DNA of 64,000 nt from a virus. Where the stretch lies: positions 116,566-180,565 of the IMG/VR virus record IMGVR_UViG_3300048694_001005; one strand, 5' to 3'. A program made the position numbers and the translations under genes. The notes beneath the pieces are model-generated. The model made no database searches, was not told the DNA's origin, and saw nothing but the letters and a program-made list of their open reading frames with translations. How positions within the stretch are numbered: the stretch's first letter is position 1; each line of letters starts with the position of its first letter. Below, one piece after another: positions 39,380-48,329 of this stretch.

Positions 39380-39385
39380 AAATTT

Positions 39386-39472
39386 GGAGACGTGGCTGAA
39401 TTGGTAAAAGCGTCGGATTGCTACTCCGAAGACCGAAAGGTTGCGCAGGTTCGAACCCTGTCGTCTCCGCCA
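39386..39472 (+). tRNA. tRNA-Ser(GCT)
   Basis: TCGGA-TTGCTAC-TCCGA; long V arm; G73-CCA. Confidence 0.92.
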
Positions 39473-39509
39473 ATATCGCAATAAATACAGCATTAACAAG
39501 GAACATTCA

Positions 39510-40214
39510 ATGAAGCAAGTTTATGGCTGGTGGTTTCCTGACTGGGAACAACATTTTCAAGATTATTTCAAAAGCTTTTCTAAACAATGTAAAGAAATTC
39601 CCTGCCCCTATCAAAAGGCACAAAGAGATTTTGCATTACAATTTGTAAAGAAACATCGAAAAATAATAGATGTAGGCGGCAATGTAGGTACGTGGAGTCA
39701 TCCACTTAGTAAGATATTTGCAGAAGTTCATGCATTTGAGCCGCATCCAGAGAATCGTGAATGTTTTCAGCGCAACATGGAAGCAGTTAAAAACTACACT
39801 CTATATCCCTATGCGCTAAGTGAACGCGCTGGTCGTTTTCCACTCTATATACATGATACTAGCTGCGGTAATATAAGTTTAAACCTAACAGGAGTATTGC
39901 AGGGCCCTACTCCAGATATCAGCAAGCCTTCAATGGAACATATCAAAACTATTGAAGTTGAAGTACGAACCTTAGATAGTTTTAACTTTAGCGAAGTTGA
40001 TTTTATCAAGATTGATGTGCAAGGGCACGAGTTTGGTGTGTTGAAAGGTGCCACGGAATTATTGAGGATGCAAAGTCCAGCTTTAGTTATGGAATTAGCC
40101 ACACGAACACCTGAGGAGATTGCAGAAAAGAATTCTATCACCCAATGGTTACAGCAGTTTGGTTATGTGTTACGTGGCAATAGAAATAAAGAAACAGTTT
40201 ACACTAAACAATGA
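39510..40214 (+). CDS. FkbM-family methyltransferase
   Basis: IIDVGGNVG, AFEP, FIKIDVQGHE..VL.GA. Confidence 0.85.
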   Translation: MKQVYGWWFPDWEQHFQDYFKSFSKQCKEIPCPYQKAQRDFALQFVKKHRKIIDVGGNVGTWSHPLSKIFAEVHAFEPHPENRECFQRNMEAVKNYTLYPYALSERAGRFPLYIHDTSCGNISLNLTGVLQGPTPDISKPSMEHIKTIEVEVRTLDSFNFSEVDFIKIDVQGHEFGVLKGATELLRMQSPALVMELATRTPEEIAEKNSITQWLQQFGYVLRGNRNKETVYTKQ

Positions 40215-41029
40215 CAGTTAGCTGTTATTTGCAGGGCACAAGTAAGGGTGACAATATTGTTAGACTCTTTGCTGGTGGGTGTGCTGGCACTTTAGCTCGC
40301 ACCACAGACTACATACAGACGCGACTGCTACCAAGTACTCCGGTTTTTCTCTGGGGATGTTTGCGTGGCAGTGATTTAATACTCAAACAATGCCTAGCAA
40401 CAGGGCATGAATTTTACTATGCGGATAATTGTTATTACGGTAACACGGATTTTTTACGTATAACACGAAACGGACTGCAAAACACTAAGTTTATCCAACG
40501 CCACGGTGATAGGCTCAGTAATAACCCAGTCAAAATTAAAAGTTGGCGTCGCAGTGGTTCACATATTGTGATTTTGCCGCCAACAGAAAGCTTTGCTCAA
40601 TTGTTTGGCAAGCAAACCTGGGTGCAGGATACAGTAAATGAATTAAAGCAATACACCGATAGGCAGATCATTGTACGTTACAAGCCCAACGAAACGAAAA
40701 TAGGCTGGGAAAATGGTTACATGGTAAATGCTGGCGCTATAACAAGACAGGATGCTACGACACGTAGTTTACAGCAGGATTTAGCTGATGCTTGGGCAGT
40801 GGTGGCATTTCAAAGCAGTGCGGTCTGGGAAGCAATTGCGCAGGGTGTGCCGGCATTTGTTGATCCCATGAATGCTGCTAGTGTGTTAGGCAATACAGAT
40901 TTAAGCAAAATTGAAACGCCCGTGTATCCGGATCAGGAACCGTATTTTAGGCATATCAATTATTGTCAGTTTACAAGAGCGGAGATAGCAAGTGGCTTCG
41001 CTTGGCAGATTTTGAGCACAGCGGTATGA
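40211..41029 (+). CDS. Capsule-biosynthesis/GT-B-like protein
   Basis: YADNCY, IIVRYKP, VVAFQSSAVWEAI..GVPAF. Confidence 0.55.
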   Translation: MTVSCYLQGTSKGDNIVRLFAGGCAGTLARTTDYIQTRLLPSTPVFLWGCLRGSDLILKQCLATGHEFYYADNCYYGNTDFLRITRNGLQNTKFIQRHGDRLSNNPVKIKSWRRSGSHIVILPPTESFAQLFGKQTWVQDTVNELKQYTDRQIIVRYKPNETKIGWENGYMVNAGAITRQDATTRSLQQDLADAWAVVAFQSSAVWEAIAQGVPAFVDPMNAASVLGNTDLSKIETPVYPDQEPYFRHINYCQFTRAEIASGFAWQILSTAV

Positions 41030-41175
41030 ACGCTCACTCCTGTGGAGGTCGGATGGGAGTGTCTGGTGCGTGTGGGCGAGCCGACGTCAATCTACATTGC
41101 TTCTTTTGATGATAGGCCAGAAAGTGGGTGCAGGGGGTTCGAATCCCTCAATCCCACCTCAAATATAAATACGTG

Positions 41176-41625
41176 ATGCACATTACAGAAATAGAAGATC
41201 AGGAAGATAAAGTTGGTGAGGCCATGGAGAGTTGGTTTGAGATGTGGCAACCCAGTAAACAGATACCCATAATCTTATCTGCTCCTGAAGCAAAGGATTT
41301 TAAAACAGCTAATGCCGACACCATTTATCGCTGTTATGTTTTGACACGGGATGGTAAGATACGTGGTCAAAAGAAGAATTCAAAGGTGGCAGTTTATACC
41401 ATGGATCAGCGCATGGCTCATGAGTTTTATCATTCACTGGACATTGCAAACAAATATATTGTTGTGGCCAAGCAATTCCATCCCAAAGATTTGATACTGA
41501 ATTTCAGTGCATTTGCTAACAGCAAAGGTCGCAGTGGTGGCTGGGACGAAAAAGAGTTATGGATGAAACCAACTCCATACTATACTTCAGTGCAGCCCAG
41601 CGAAATCGTATTCAGAAGTAAATAA
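41176..41625 (+). CDS. Putative late virion protein
   Basis: ATG 41176 after TATAAATA (41164-41171); MHITEIED start. Confidence 0.55.
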   Translation: MHITEIEDQEDKVGEAMESWFEMWQPSKQIPIILSAPEAKDFKTANADTIYRCYVLTRDGKIRGQKKNSKVAVYTMDQRMAHEFYHSLDIANKYIVVAKQFHPKDLILNFSAFANSKGRSGGWDEKELWMKPTPYYTSVQPSEIVFRSK

Positions 41626-41627
41626 TT

Positions 41628-41719
41628 GGAGAGTTGGCAGAGCCCGGCTTATTGTACCGCATTGGAAGTGCGGAGGTGCGTTTACGTGCCCGCGAGTTCG
41701 AATCTCGCACTCTCCGCCA
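41628..41719 (+). tRNA. tRNA-Ser(GGA)
   Basis: CCGCA-TTGGAAG-TGCGG; long V arm; CCA. Confidence 0.92.
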
Positions 41720-41721
41720 AA

Positions 41722-42000
41722 TTATTTGTAACCAATACGATTAAGGATATTAATAGCTCTATTGCGCAGTTTAGTTTCAAACTGGCTTTCAGTTAATACA
41801 CCTTTTTCCGTGTTACATTTTCTGCAGGTAACTTGCAGATTAGCATATGATGTGGCACCACCCTGTGATTCAGGAACAACGTGGTCCAAGTGTACTTCAG
41901 ATTTATCCAAGTCCACACCACAATAAACGCAACGTAACCCATCGCGTTCAATTACCATGCGACGCAGGTTAACGGGGATTCGTTCTTTTGTTTTGGACAT
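41722..42000 (-). mobile_element. Free-standing HNH endonuclease
   Basis: RDGLRCVYCG...HLDHVVP...GG....NL...CRKCN; antisense, right after tRNA. Confidence 0.88.
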
Positions 42001-42171
42001 ATCGTTATTTACTTTGGTTGATGTACCAAATTAAGAATCTCCGCCTACAGGACGCTGTAGGTATGATAGCTGCGACTCCGATGGCACTGCGGGGTCTGGA
42101 AATACCGGATTTTAGTCTCCGGTGCAACCGTCAAGCCGGGAAAGAAACCATAACAGGTGTCAGCGAACAAT

Positions 42172-42243
42172 TGGGGTGAGACTGGGAGTCACACCTGCCT
42201 CTGAAGCAGGATGGAGTTGGTTCGAGCCCAACCGCCCCCGCCC
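42172..42243 (+). tRNA. tRNA-Gln(CTG)
   Basis: CCTGC-CTCTGAA-GCAGG; T arm GTTGG-TTCGAGC-CCAAC; ends CCC. Confidence 0.8.
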
Positions 42244-42266
42244 AGTGATTCAAGCTAAATACTGAC

Positions 42267-43442
42267 ATGAGATCCTACGAATTTTTAAACGAAAACATCA
42301 GTGATGATATGTACCTGCTGCATCTGGCCCGGGACCTAAAACAGGCGGTCTTCAAATGGTGGGTGATACACGGCAAGATAGATTCAAAAAAAAAGGTATT
42401 GGTTGGCAAAGTAAAAGATTTGGTCACGACCCCTTATCAGGGCGATAATCCCAATATACCAGAACTATTTAATACCAGAATTTATATTGGTGACCCCTAC
42501 TATGACTGGGAGGGGCGGCGAGCCGGCGCCTATGCCAGCTCTAGTGAAATAGTTTTACGTGATAAAGACAGAATAAGAGAAAAAACATTTGCACATGAAT
42601 TAAGGCATGTGTTAGATAGCATATCTTTGTACATCTATAAAGGAAATAGACAGAGAAAACGAGACCCAGAAAACACTTGGTCCAGTGATCTCGAGCTTGA
42701 TGCGATATTCACAGAAGTTTTGCATAGTATCTATGAACAGTTAATCTTCGATCAAGCGTACGGAAACCCAAGGAAAGAAACTCGTTCTAGTAATTTGATT
42801 CGAACCGTTGACAAGGCATTCAATTGGTTCGGTGATCGGATAACATCTTTGCAAAGTGGTGATGCTCGAGATCAAGCGCTCTATAAAAACTATCGGCGCA
42901 AGGCCATGACCTACGCAGTACATGTCTATGACAACGCACAATCTTATCTGGAGAAAAACCCAGTACAAATAAATTGGAATGAACGACAAAGACCCGCCTC
43001 AGGTTGGACACAAGGCTATGTACCAATAAACCTAAATGTGCGTTCGCTGGTGAGATTTTATCTCTGGGATCAGGCCCGGAAAAATCCCAGCCTATACAAT
43101 ATGTCGCTGGGTCAACTCAAGCAGTACATAATCAACTCTCCGGATGTGGGGGATTACGCGAAATACGGCGATGGTAAAACGCCAAAAGAAGACATCATCA
43201 AACTCATGAACTACAACCACAAAAATGCAACGTTGTTGAATCGATATGCAGGGGAATACTATGTTGATGATGAAAATGACAGTGAAGAGGACCAAGAATT
43301 CTATTCCGATATGGACCCTTATGAAATACAATTGGCCGATGGTACTAGGATGATAGTCCCCAGCACCATAATATCGTACACAAATCCCAACTATAACTAC
43401 GAATATGATGAACGAGGACGGAGACGTTATGAAAATACATGA
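42267..43442 (+). CDS. Putative virion protein with HExxH motif
   Basis: MRSYEFLNE start after TAAATA; FAHELRH. Confidence 0.55.
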   Translation: MRSYEFLNENISDDMYLLHLARDLKQAVFKWWVIHGKIDSKKKVLVGKVKDLVTTPYQGDNPNIPELFNTRIYIGDPYYDWEGRRAGAYASSSEIVLRDKDRIREKTFAHELRHVLDSISLYIYKGNRQRKRDPENTWSSDLELDAIFTEVLHSIYEQLIFDQAYGNPRKETRSSNLIRTVDKAFNWFGDRITSLQSGDARDQALYKNYRRKAMTYAVHVYDNAQSYLEKNPVQINWNERQRPASGWTQGYVPINLNVRSLVRFYLWDQARKNPSLYNMSLGQLKQYIINSPDVGDYAKYGDGKTPKEDIIKLMNYNHKNATLLNRYAGEYYVDDENDSEEDQEFYSDMDPYEIQLADGTRMIVPSTIISYTNPNYNYEYDERGRRRYENT

Positions 43443-44367
43443 AATCATAACTGAGCTACGACGCCACGCTGATAGATTCGAGCGTAAACCCGAATTGCAG
43501 GAACTTTTTGATTATTTGAGAAGTTTTGATCAAAGCCAATTACAAAACATGTTTGTTCACGCATCGGAGATTCCCAAAATTGGATTGAAACCAACTAAGC
43601 CAATAACTTATGCTGGTACCATAGAACCACAGGGAATCTATACTTATAGAGCAATCGATTATCTTTCGTGGATGAAAAAACATGGTCTGACAGGGTTTGG
43701 CGGCTCTTTTCCCTTTGTTACCGTGCTAACTGTAAAATCTGACACAAAGTTTCTCGACGCGGAACATTACGAACAAATAATCGAAAAGTTGAAATCTCAA
43801 AGTGCAGATCCTCCTGGCTCAAAAAATTGGAAGATCACCGCGGCGCAGGTAAACCACTATCTTCAAAGATTGGGATATGGGTTTGTACAAAGAAGATTGC
43901 CCGGAAACCGAGTATCAAGCGCCAAAGAATATGTTATATTAAGCCCAAAATATATTGACACTATGAAACAATTTGAGGTGCATAAATCACCAGCTAACGG
44001 TTCTTATCCTATTCGTGATTTTGATGCTACCGCTTGGATCGCGTCCAAGGAGTATAGAAAAAAACTAAAGCCATACCAAGATTTCGCAAAAACACACCCC
44101 GAATTAAGGGGTTTTGATTTTAATGAGATGTCGCCACGCAATATTTCAGCACTAAAGTTATTGATTTATGCACTCAAGAATAAAAAAGTATTGGATCGAC
44201 GTCAGGAAGAAGCATTGGTTGCTTATAGAACAGCTGACACCCCTTCGGACCCAGAATATACTCACGAACTCTTTGACATCTACAAAAAAGAAGTATTAGA
44301 TCCGCAGGGTCTCAAGCCTAAACTGACGCCGACGGAGTTGGCTAATGTGGCTAGGGTAGTAAATTAA
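43429..44367 (+). CDS. Putative virion protein
   Basis: MKIHEIITE start. Confidence 0.55.
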   Translation: MKIHEIITELRRHADRFERKPELQELFDYLRSFDQSQLQNMFVHASEIPKIGLKPTKPITYAGTIEPQGIYTYRAIDYLSWMKKHGLTGFGGSFPFVTVLTVKSDTKFLDAEHYEQIIEKLKSQSADPPGSKNWKITAAQVNHYLQRLGYGFVQRRLPGNRVSSAKEYVILSPKYIDTMKQFEVHKSPANGSYPIRDFDATAWIASKEYRKKLKPYQDFAKTHPELRGFDFNEMSPRNISALKLLIYALKNKKVLDRRQEEALVAYRTADTPSDPEYTHELFDIYKKEVLDPQGLKPKLTPTELANVARVVN

Positions 44368-44378
44368 CTAATCCATTT

Positions 44379-44468
44379 GGAGAGTTGGCAGAGCCCGGTT
44401 TATTGCACCTGATTCGAAATCAGACATACCGCAAGGTATCATAGGTTCAAATCCTATACTCTCCGCCA
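44379..44468 (+). tRNA. tRNA-Ser(CGA)
   Basis: CCTGA-TTCGAAA-TCAGA; long V arm; CCA. Confidence 0.9.
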
Positions 44469-44472
44469 TAAT

Positions 44473-45171
44473 TTACTCCTTGTTTCTTTTGCATCGATCA
44501 AAGTGCCAACGATTCATAATGGTATTTCCGCCCAAAAAACCACAATGCGGGCATTGAATCTTTGGTACTGTTCTCTTTCTATGAGTAATGGAAAGACATT
44601 TGTCACCATGCCACCGACTATAATTTCCAGCATCAACAATTTTGCTGCAATGTGGGCATTGTTTTTTGATTTTATTTTGAAAGTGATGTTTATTTCTTGA
44701 AACAAGTTCGTTCTGCACAGCCCTTGAAAGTGTGCCATCTAAAAAATTATGAGTTCCCTCCTCTACACGCCTTCTACTGGTTTCTCCTTGGATGCGTCCA
44801 CCCAAAAAATGGTGTGTTCCGGCTTTAACCGCATCACTTGCATGGCTAGTGCCGTCGGCTCTTCTGAGTAAATGATGAGATCCTTCGTTTACCAATCGCC
44901 TTGCCAAATCCTTGGCATCATTGCTAATTTCTTCGTGAGTCTTACTCATCCTATTATTAATCCGAAAACATGCTCCCCAATCTCCCTGGGAGAAATGTAT
45001 GTCATAATGTTTTTGAATTGTGACGCATTTCAAATTATTTGGGTCATTGTTATCATGATTGCCATCTAAATGATGGATCTCATAACTTCTACCGGTGTGA
45101 TCTTTCGGGATTTTACCAAAGTGATTTTGGTAAATTTTACGATATTTTTTGGTTCCGCAATAAATACACAT
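44473..45171 (-). mobile_element. HNH homing endonuclease with C-terminal Zn-finger repeats
   Basis: YEIHHLDGNHDNNDPNNL; CPHC...RWH..RC repeats; SD AAGGAG. Confidence 0.85.
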
Positions 45172-45235
45172 GCTGGTGCTCCTTTCAAGCATTAGAGTGG
45201 TCGAGAATTGATACTTCTGTGGACCACACTTATTT

Positions 45236-45685
45236 ATGCTGATAATGATTAATTCAATTTCCGACCCCCTATTGAGATACATTAAGGACGATCCCGTCAG
45301 ACCAAATTTATCTACTGAGTTTCGAGTAACTGATAATAGAATTGTGTTAGCTTTGGTGGATCAAGATGATTTAGATATTAAGGTACGAGCAATGTGCTGT
45401 GTAAGTTTTCATGATTCGGTCCCACAGAGATTGGATGACTTGCTACAAACATCTGATTCCCCATCTATTTGTCTTTTCTATACAATCTGGAGTTACGTTG
45501 CTGGTGCAGGTAGAACGCTGATATTTGAAGCAGTGCGGCATATACAGGAAACACGACCCAATATACATAGATTTGTCACGCTCAGTCCCAAAACAGATAT
45601 GGCACGACGTTTTCACATACGTAATGGTGCAGTAGTGTTTAGGGAAAATCCCGAAACAGTCAATTACGAATACGTTAACAGTTGA
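45236..45685 (+). CDS. Hypothetical protein (possible GNAT-like)
   Basis: FYTIWSY..GAGR.LI, VTLSPKT.MA..FH..NGA. Confidence 0.5.
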   Translation: MLIMINSISDPLLRYIKDDPVRPNLSTEFRVTDNRIVLALVDQDDLDIKVRAMCCVSFHDSVPQRLDDLLQTSDSPSICLFYTIWSYVAGAGRTLIFEAVRHIQETRPNIHRFVTLSPKTDMARRFHIRNGAVVFRENPETVNYEYVNS

Positions 45686-45718
45686 CATTTATTTTAGATA
45701 TATGTATTATAGGAACAT

Positions 45719-45812
45719 GGAGAGTTGGCCGAGTGGTCGAAGGCACCTTCCTGCTAAGAAGGCATACGGGCATAAACCTGTATCGAGAGTTCGAATCTCT
45801 CACTCTCCGCCA
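45719..45812 (+). tRNA. tRNA-Ser(GCT), second copy
   Basis: CCTTC-CTGCTAA-GAAGG; own promoter TTGACA(45682)-17-TATTAT. Confidence 0.92.
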
Positions 45813-45856
45813 TAAAGTTTTGATTTGGTTGACATAAATAAATTTAACCAAAAGAA

Positions 45857-45896
45857 ATAAAAAATGCTTGACCGCAGGTATAAATAAAAGTATAGT
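45857..45896 (+). promoter_or_regulatory. Composite promoter of tRNA operon 2
   Basis: TTGACC(45868)-17-TATAGT with embedded TATAAATA; duplicate of 38771-38802. Confidence 0.8.
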
Positions 45897-45933
45897 AGCA
45901 ACATAGGAATTTAACTTTTAAACGGAAACAAAG

Positions 45934-46053
45934 ATGCAACACTTAAGAACACATATAGAGTTTACATTGAAACCAGCGATGACCGCACCGGCCTCATATT
46001 GGCTCGTGATTGGACGCGGTGAATGTGGATTCAGGGAGTTTTTGCAGATGTAG
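45934..46053 (+). CDS. Leader peptide of attenuator 2
   Basis: MQHLRTHIEFTLKPAMTAPASYWLVIGRGECGFREFLQM*; all amino acids except Asn and Asp. Confidence 0.65.
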   Translation: MQHLRTHIEFTLKPAMTAPASYWLVIGRGECGFREFLQM

Positions 46054-46079
46054 CATCAAACAGATTTAATATGCAAAGA

Positions 46080-46110
46080 CCCCGAAGATCCCAAAGACTT
46101 CGGGGTTTTT
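46080..46110 (+). terminator. Attenuator terminator 2
   Basis: CCCCGAAG/CTTCGGGG + TTTTT; left arm also pairs with 46027-46046. Confidence 0.82.
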
Positions 46111-46119
46111 CATTGTAGT

Positions 46120-46226
46120 TAGTGTGGCGCAACGAGGGCGCAGTGGGCACTATAAACATCCACTAAACGGGCGGCCTTGGTGATCAACGTGCGGCGATAA
46201 CGCATTAGTAAAACCCAAGCGTAATA
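46120..46226 (+). ncRNA. Unknown structured RNA, copy 2
   Basis: Paralog of 38997-39099 with covariation. Confidence 0.7.
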
Positions 46227-46351
46227 AAGTAGATTCTTTAAGGTCTGGCCGTTACCAGCCTGGCAAAAACGGCGACAGAATCTACTTTATTACACACATT
46301 CTGGAACCAAATGGGAGTGAAATGTCCGTGGCGGAGTGTGTTAAACAATAT

Positions 46352-46426
46352 GTATCGGTGGCTGAAAAGTTAGGCATCCGCCTGCAAAGCGGATTTATGG
46401 GATGGCAGAATTCCTCCGATACTCCA
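46352..46426 (+). tRNA. tRNA-Cys(GCA), atypical T loop
   Basis: TCCGC-CTGCAAA-GCGGA; acceptor GTATCGG/CCGATAC, T73-CCA. Confidence 0.8.
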
Positions 46427-46432
46427 AACAAT

Positions 46433-46522
46433 GGCGGGTTCGCATAGCGGCGATTGCAGTGGTCTCCAAAACCACCGATGAATATACCATCCACGGGAGT
46501 TCGAGTCTCTCACCCGTCGCCA
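46433..46522 (+). tRNA. tRNA-Trp(CCA) with long variable arm
   Basis: GTGGT-CTCCAAA-ACCAC; extra arm GATG/CATC; G73-CCA. Confidence 0.82.
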
Positions 46523-47184
46523 TACATTGAGTCAAATAACTTTATTCGTTGATGTAGGTCACTTAACGTGATTGACGATTTGGCTCGCTTTTTTTGATTT
46601 TCTTTATGTCGAACTAATTTACAGTTCGCGGGATGTGCGAGTAGTTTTGGATCAATTTTATTTTTGAACCCATCGCTTACCGAATAAAGATGATCACGTG
46701 AGATACCGTTAGTATTTTTAATTCCGGATCTAGATCCAGGAGTGGAATACCAACCAAACTCTTTAATCATTTCGGATGCCCCAATAAACCAATTTGGATA
46801 TTGGGATATTGAAAAATTAAATCGGCATTGATATCCGTATTGATTTTTTGTTTCCTGCACAGAAGGATGAATAGTTTTTACAGTTGGTGAATACCACTGC
46901 TTACCTGAAATCTTGCAGGTACAAAGGTAAATTTTTGTAAATGGTTCAACAAAGGCAATTTTGGATTTAACTCGTTCTTGCGGATTGCGTCGTTGGTGCT
47001 CTCCAAATTGGTTTTTGATAGTAGTTTTTTTACCGATGGTATATTTGAGTTTTGCTAGGTGGTCGTCGGTAATAACACGACTGTTGGCACAGCGACGAGA
47101 ACAGAATTTTTTGTTACCCCATTTACTGTAACTATTGAATACGATATTGCATTTGGGGCAGATGGCTTGAATATATTTGTTCAT
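46510..47184 (-). mobile_element. Putative homing endonuclease (Zn-finger + HNH-like SRDH domain)
   Basis: CPKC...FCSRRCANSR; GISRDHLYSVSDGF...HPANC; stop overlaps tRNA-Trp 3' end. Confidence 0.7.
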
Positions 47185-47294
47185 GTTTGTTTCCCTTAAA
47201 TAGTGCTGTAGGGACAGTTCAGAGTTTCCCCTGAATTGATTTGTTGTTCTAGCAACAAATCTTACCTACTCAAGTATTTATACCAGTTAAATAT

Positions 47295-47770
47295 CGGCTC
47301 AGTGATCGTGCGCAAGCACACAGACGGAGGGACTGCTGGAGAAAGTGTCCTGGGCGTGATGCGCCCGTCGACCATTCGGGTCTAACTCCAAAGAGCGACC
47401 ATTGTCGCAATACCCTGTTGCCAGTAATGGCTAACAAATGAAAAGCGTCCTAAAACGATCGGCGGGGCAAAACTTGCGACATAAAAATTAAGCCAAATGG
47501 CTACGGAATAGCGGTCAGCGCCAAGAGAGAACGTGAGCCACCCAGTGGGATGGGAGTTGAAGGCTCTTGGGACTCAGCCCCGCCCCCAACAGGGCTAGAC
47601 GCCAGAGTTGAGTACGCGACGTGTGTCCGAGGTAAAGAATTATGGTTGCACACTGAGTGAAGATGCCTCCTCTGCGCGAGACAATCCAGTGAGTCCCCTT
47701 AGCGAGGGATAGCTGGGCGCCCAACTTTCAATGCCGGCGGTTTCGCGTGTAACTCCACGTGCCGGCTCCA
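47295..47770 (+). ncRNA. Candidate large structured ncRNA
   Basis: About 480 nt GC-rich, no credible + strand ORF, many helices including long-range CTCAGTG/CACTGAG. Confidence 0.5.
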
Positions 47771-47778
47771 ATTATAAT

Positions 47779-47858
47779 GCCTCTTTAGCTCAGTCTGGTT
47801 CTAGAGCGTCGTGTTGATAACGCGGGGGTCCTTGGTTCAAATCCAAGAAGAGGCACCA
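47779..47858 (+). tRNA. tRNA-Ile(GAT)
   Basis: Loop TTGATAA; canonical cloverleaf; CCA. Confidence 0.92.
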
Positions 47859-47866
47859 ATTTAAAT

Positions 47867-47944
47867 GCTGCGATGGCAGAGGCGGTCCTATTGCGCCGGT
47901 CTGAAGAACCGGATATGTCTGTTCAACTCAGACTCGCAGCACCA
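47867..47944 (+). tRNA. tRNA-Phe(GAA)
   Basis: CCGGT-CTGAAGA-ACCGG; CCA. Confidence 0.9.
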
Positions 47945-47954
47945 TTACATTTTT

Positions 47955-48031
47955 GTCCCTATAGATTACGTTGGTTAGATCGCTGGCCCTTCAAGCCGGA
48001 AGACACGGATCGTCGCCGTGTAGGGACGCCA
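47955..48031 (+). tRNA. tRNA-Glu(TTC)
   Basis: CTGGC-CCTTCAA-GCCGG; atypical T loop; CCA. Confidence 0.82.
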
Positions 48032-48038
48032 ATATTAA

Positions 48039-48128
48039 GGGCGATACTGCCTGCGGGCGCGGGCGAGTATCCTGGAGTAAGGATATTTACAGCAAACCAA
48101 CTAATTGGTTCAACTCCAATATCGCCCG
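48039..48128 (+). ncRNA. tRNA-like RNA with anticodon arm replaced by ATCCTG/AGGAT-TACAGCAA domain
   Basis: Acceptor GGGCGAT/ATCGCCC, T arm ATTGG-TTCAACT-CCAAT. Confidence 0.65.
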
Positions 48129-48141
48129 CCTTATACAATAC

Positions 48142-48216
48142 GGGGACAGCGAAAGGTCGCGGATCTGCCTTGCAAGCAGATTGTCTACAAGGGAGCGTTA
48201 CCCTTGGTCTCCACCA
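48142..48216 (+). tRNA. tRNA-Ala(TGC)
   Basis: TCTGC-CTTGCAA-GCAGA; G3:T70; A73-CCA. Confidence 0.82.
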
Positions 48217-48242
48217 AATTAAATAGTGCGATACGATTCAGT

Positions 48243-48329
48243 GAAGGGTCGGCGAAGATGGTGAGTGTCGCGGCGGTCTGTAAAACCGTTACTTAAGAAC
48301 CGTAGTTTGTTCGAATCAAACACCCTTCA
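48243..48329 (+). tRNA. tRNA-Tyr(GTA), no encoded CCA
   Basis: GCGGT-CTGTAAA-ACCGT; long V arm; acceptor GAAGGGT/ACCCTTC. Confidence 0.82.

Noticed and set aside
47200-47272. Hairpin cluster upstream of the 46510-47184 endonuclease as a separate ncRNA
   Set aside because: More simply a 5' UTR structure limiting endonuclease translation; no independent support.
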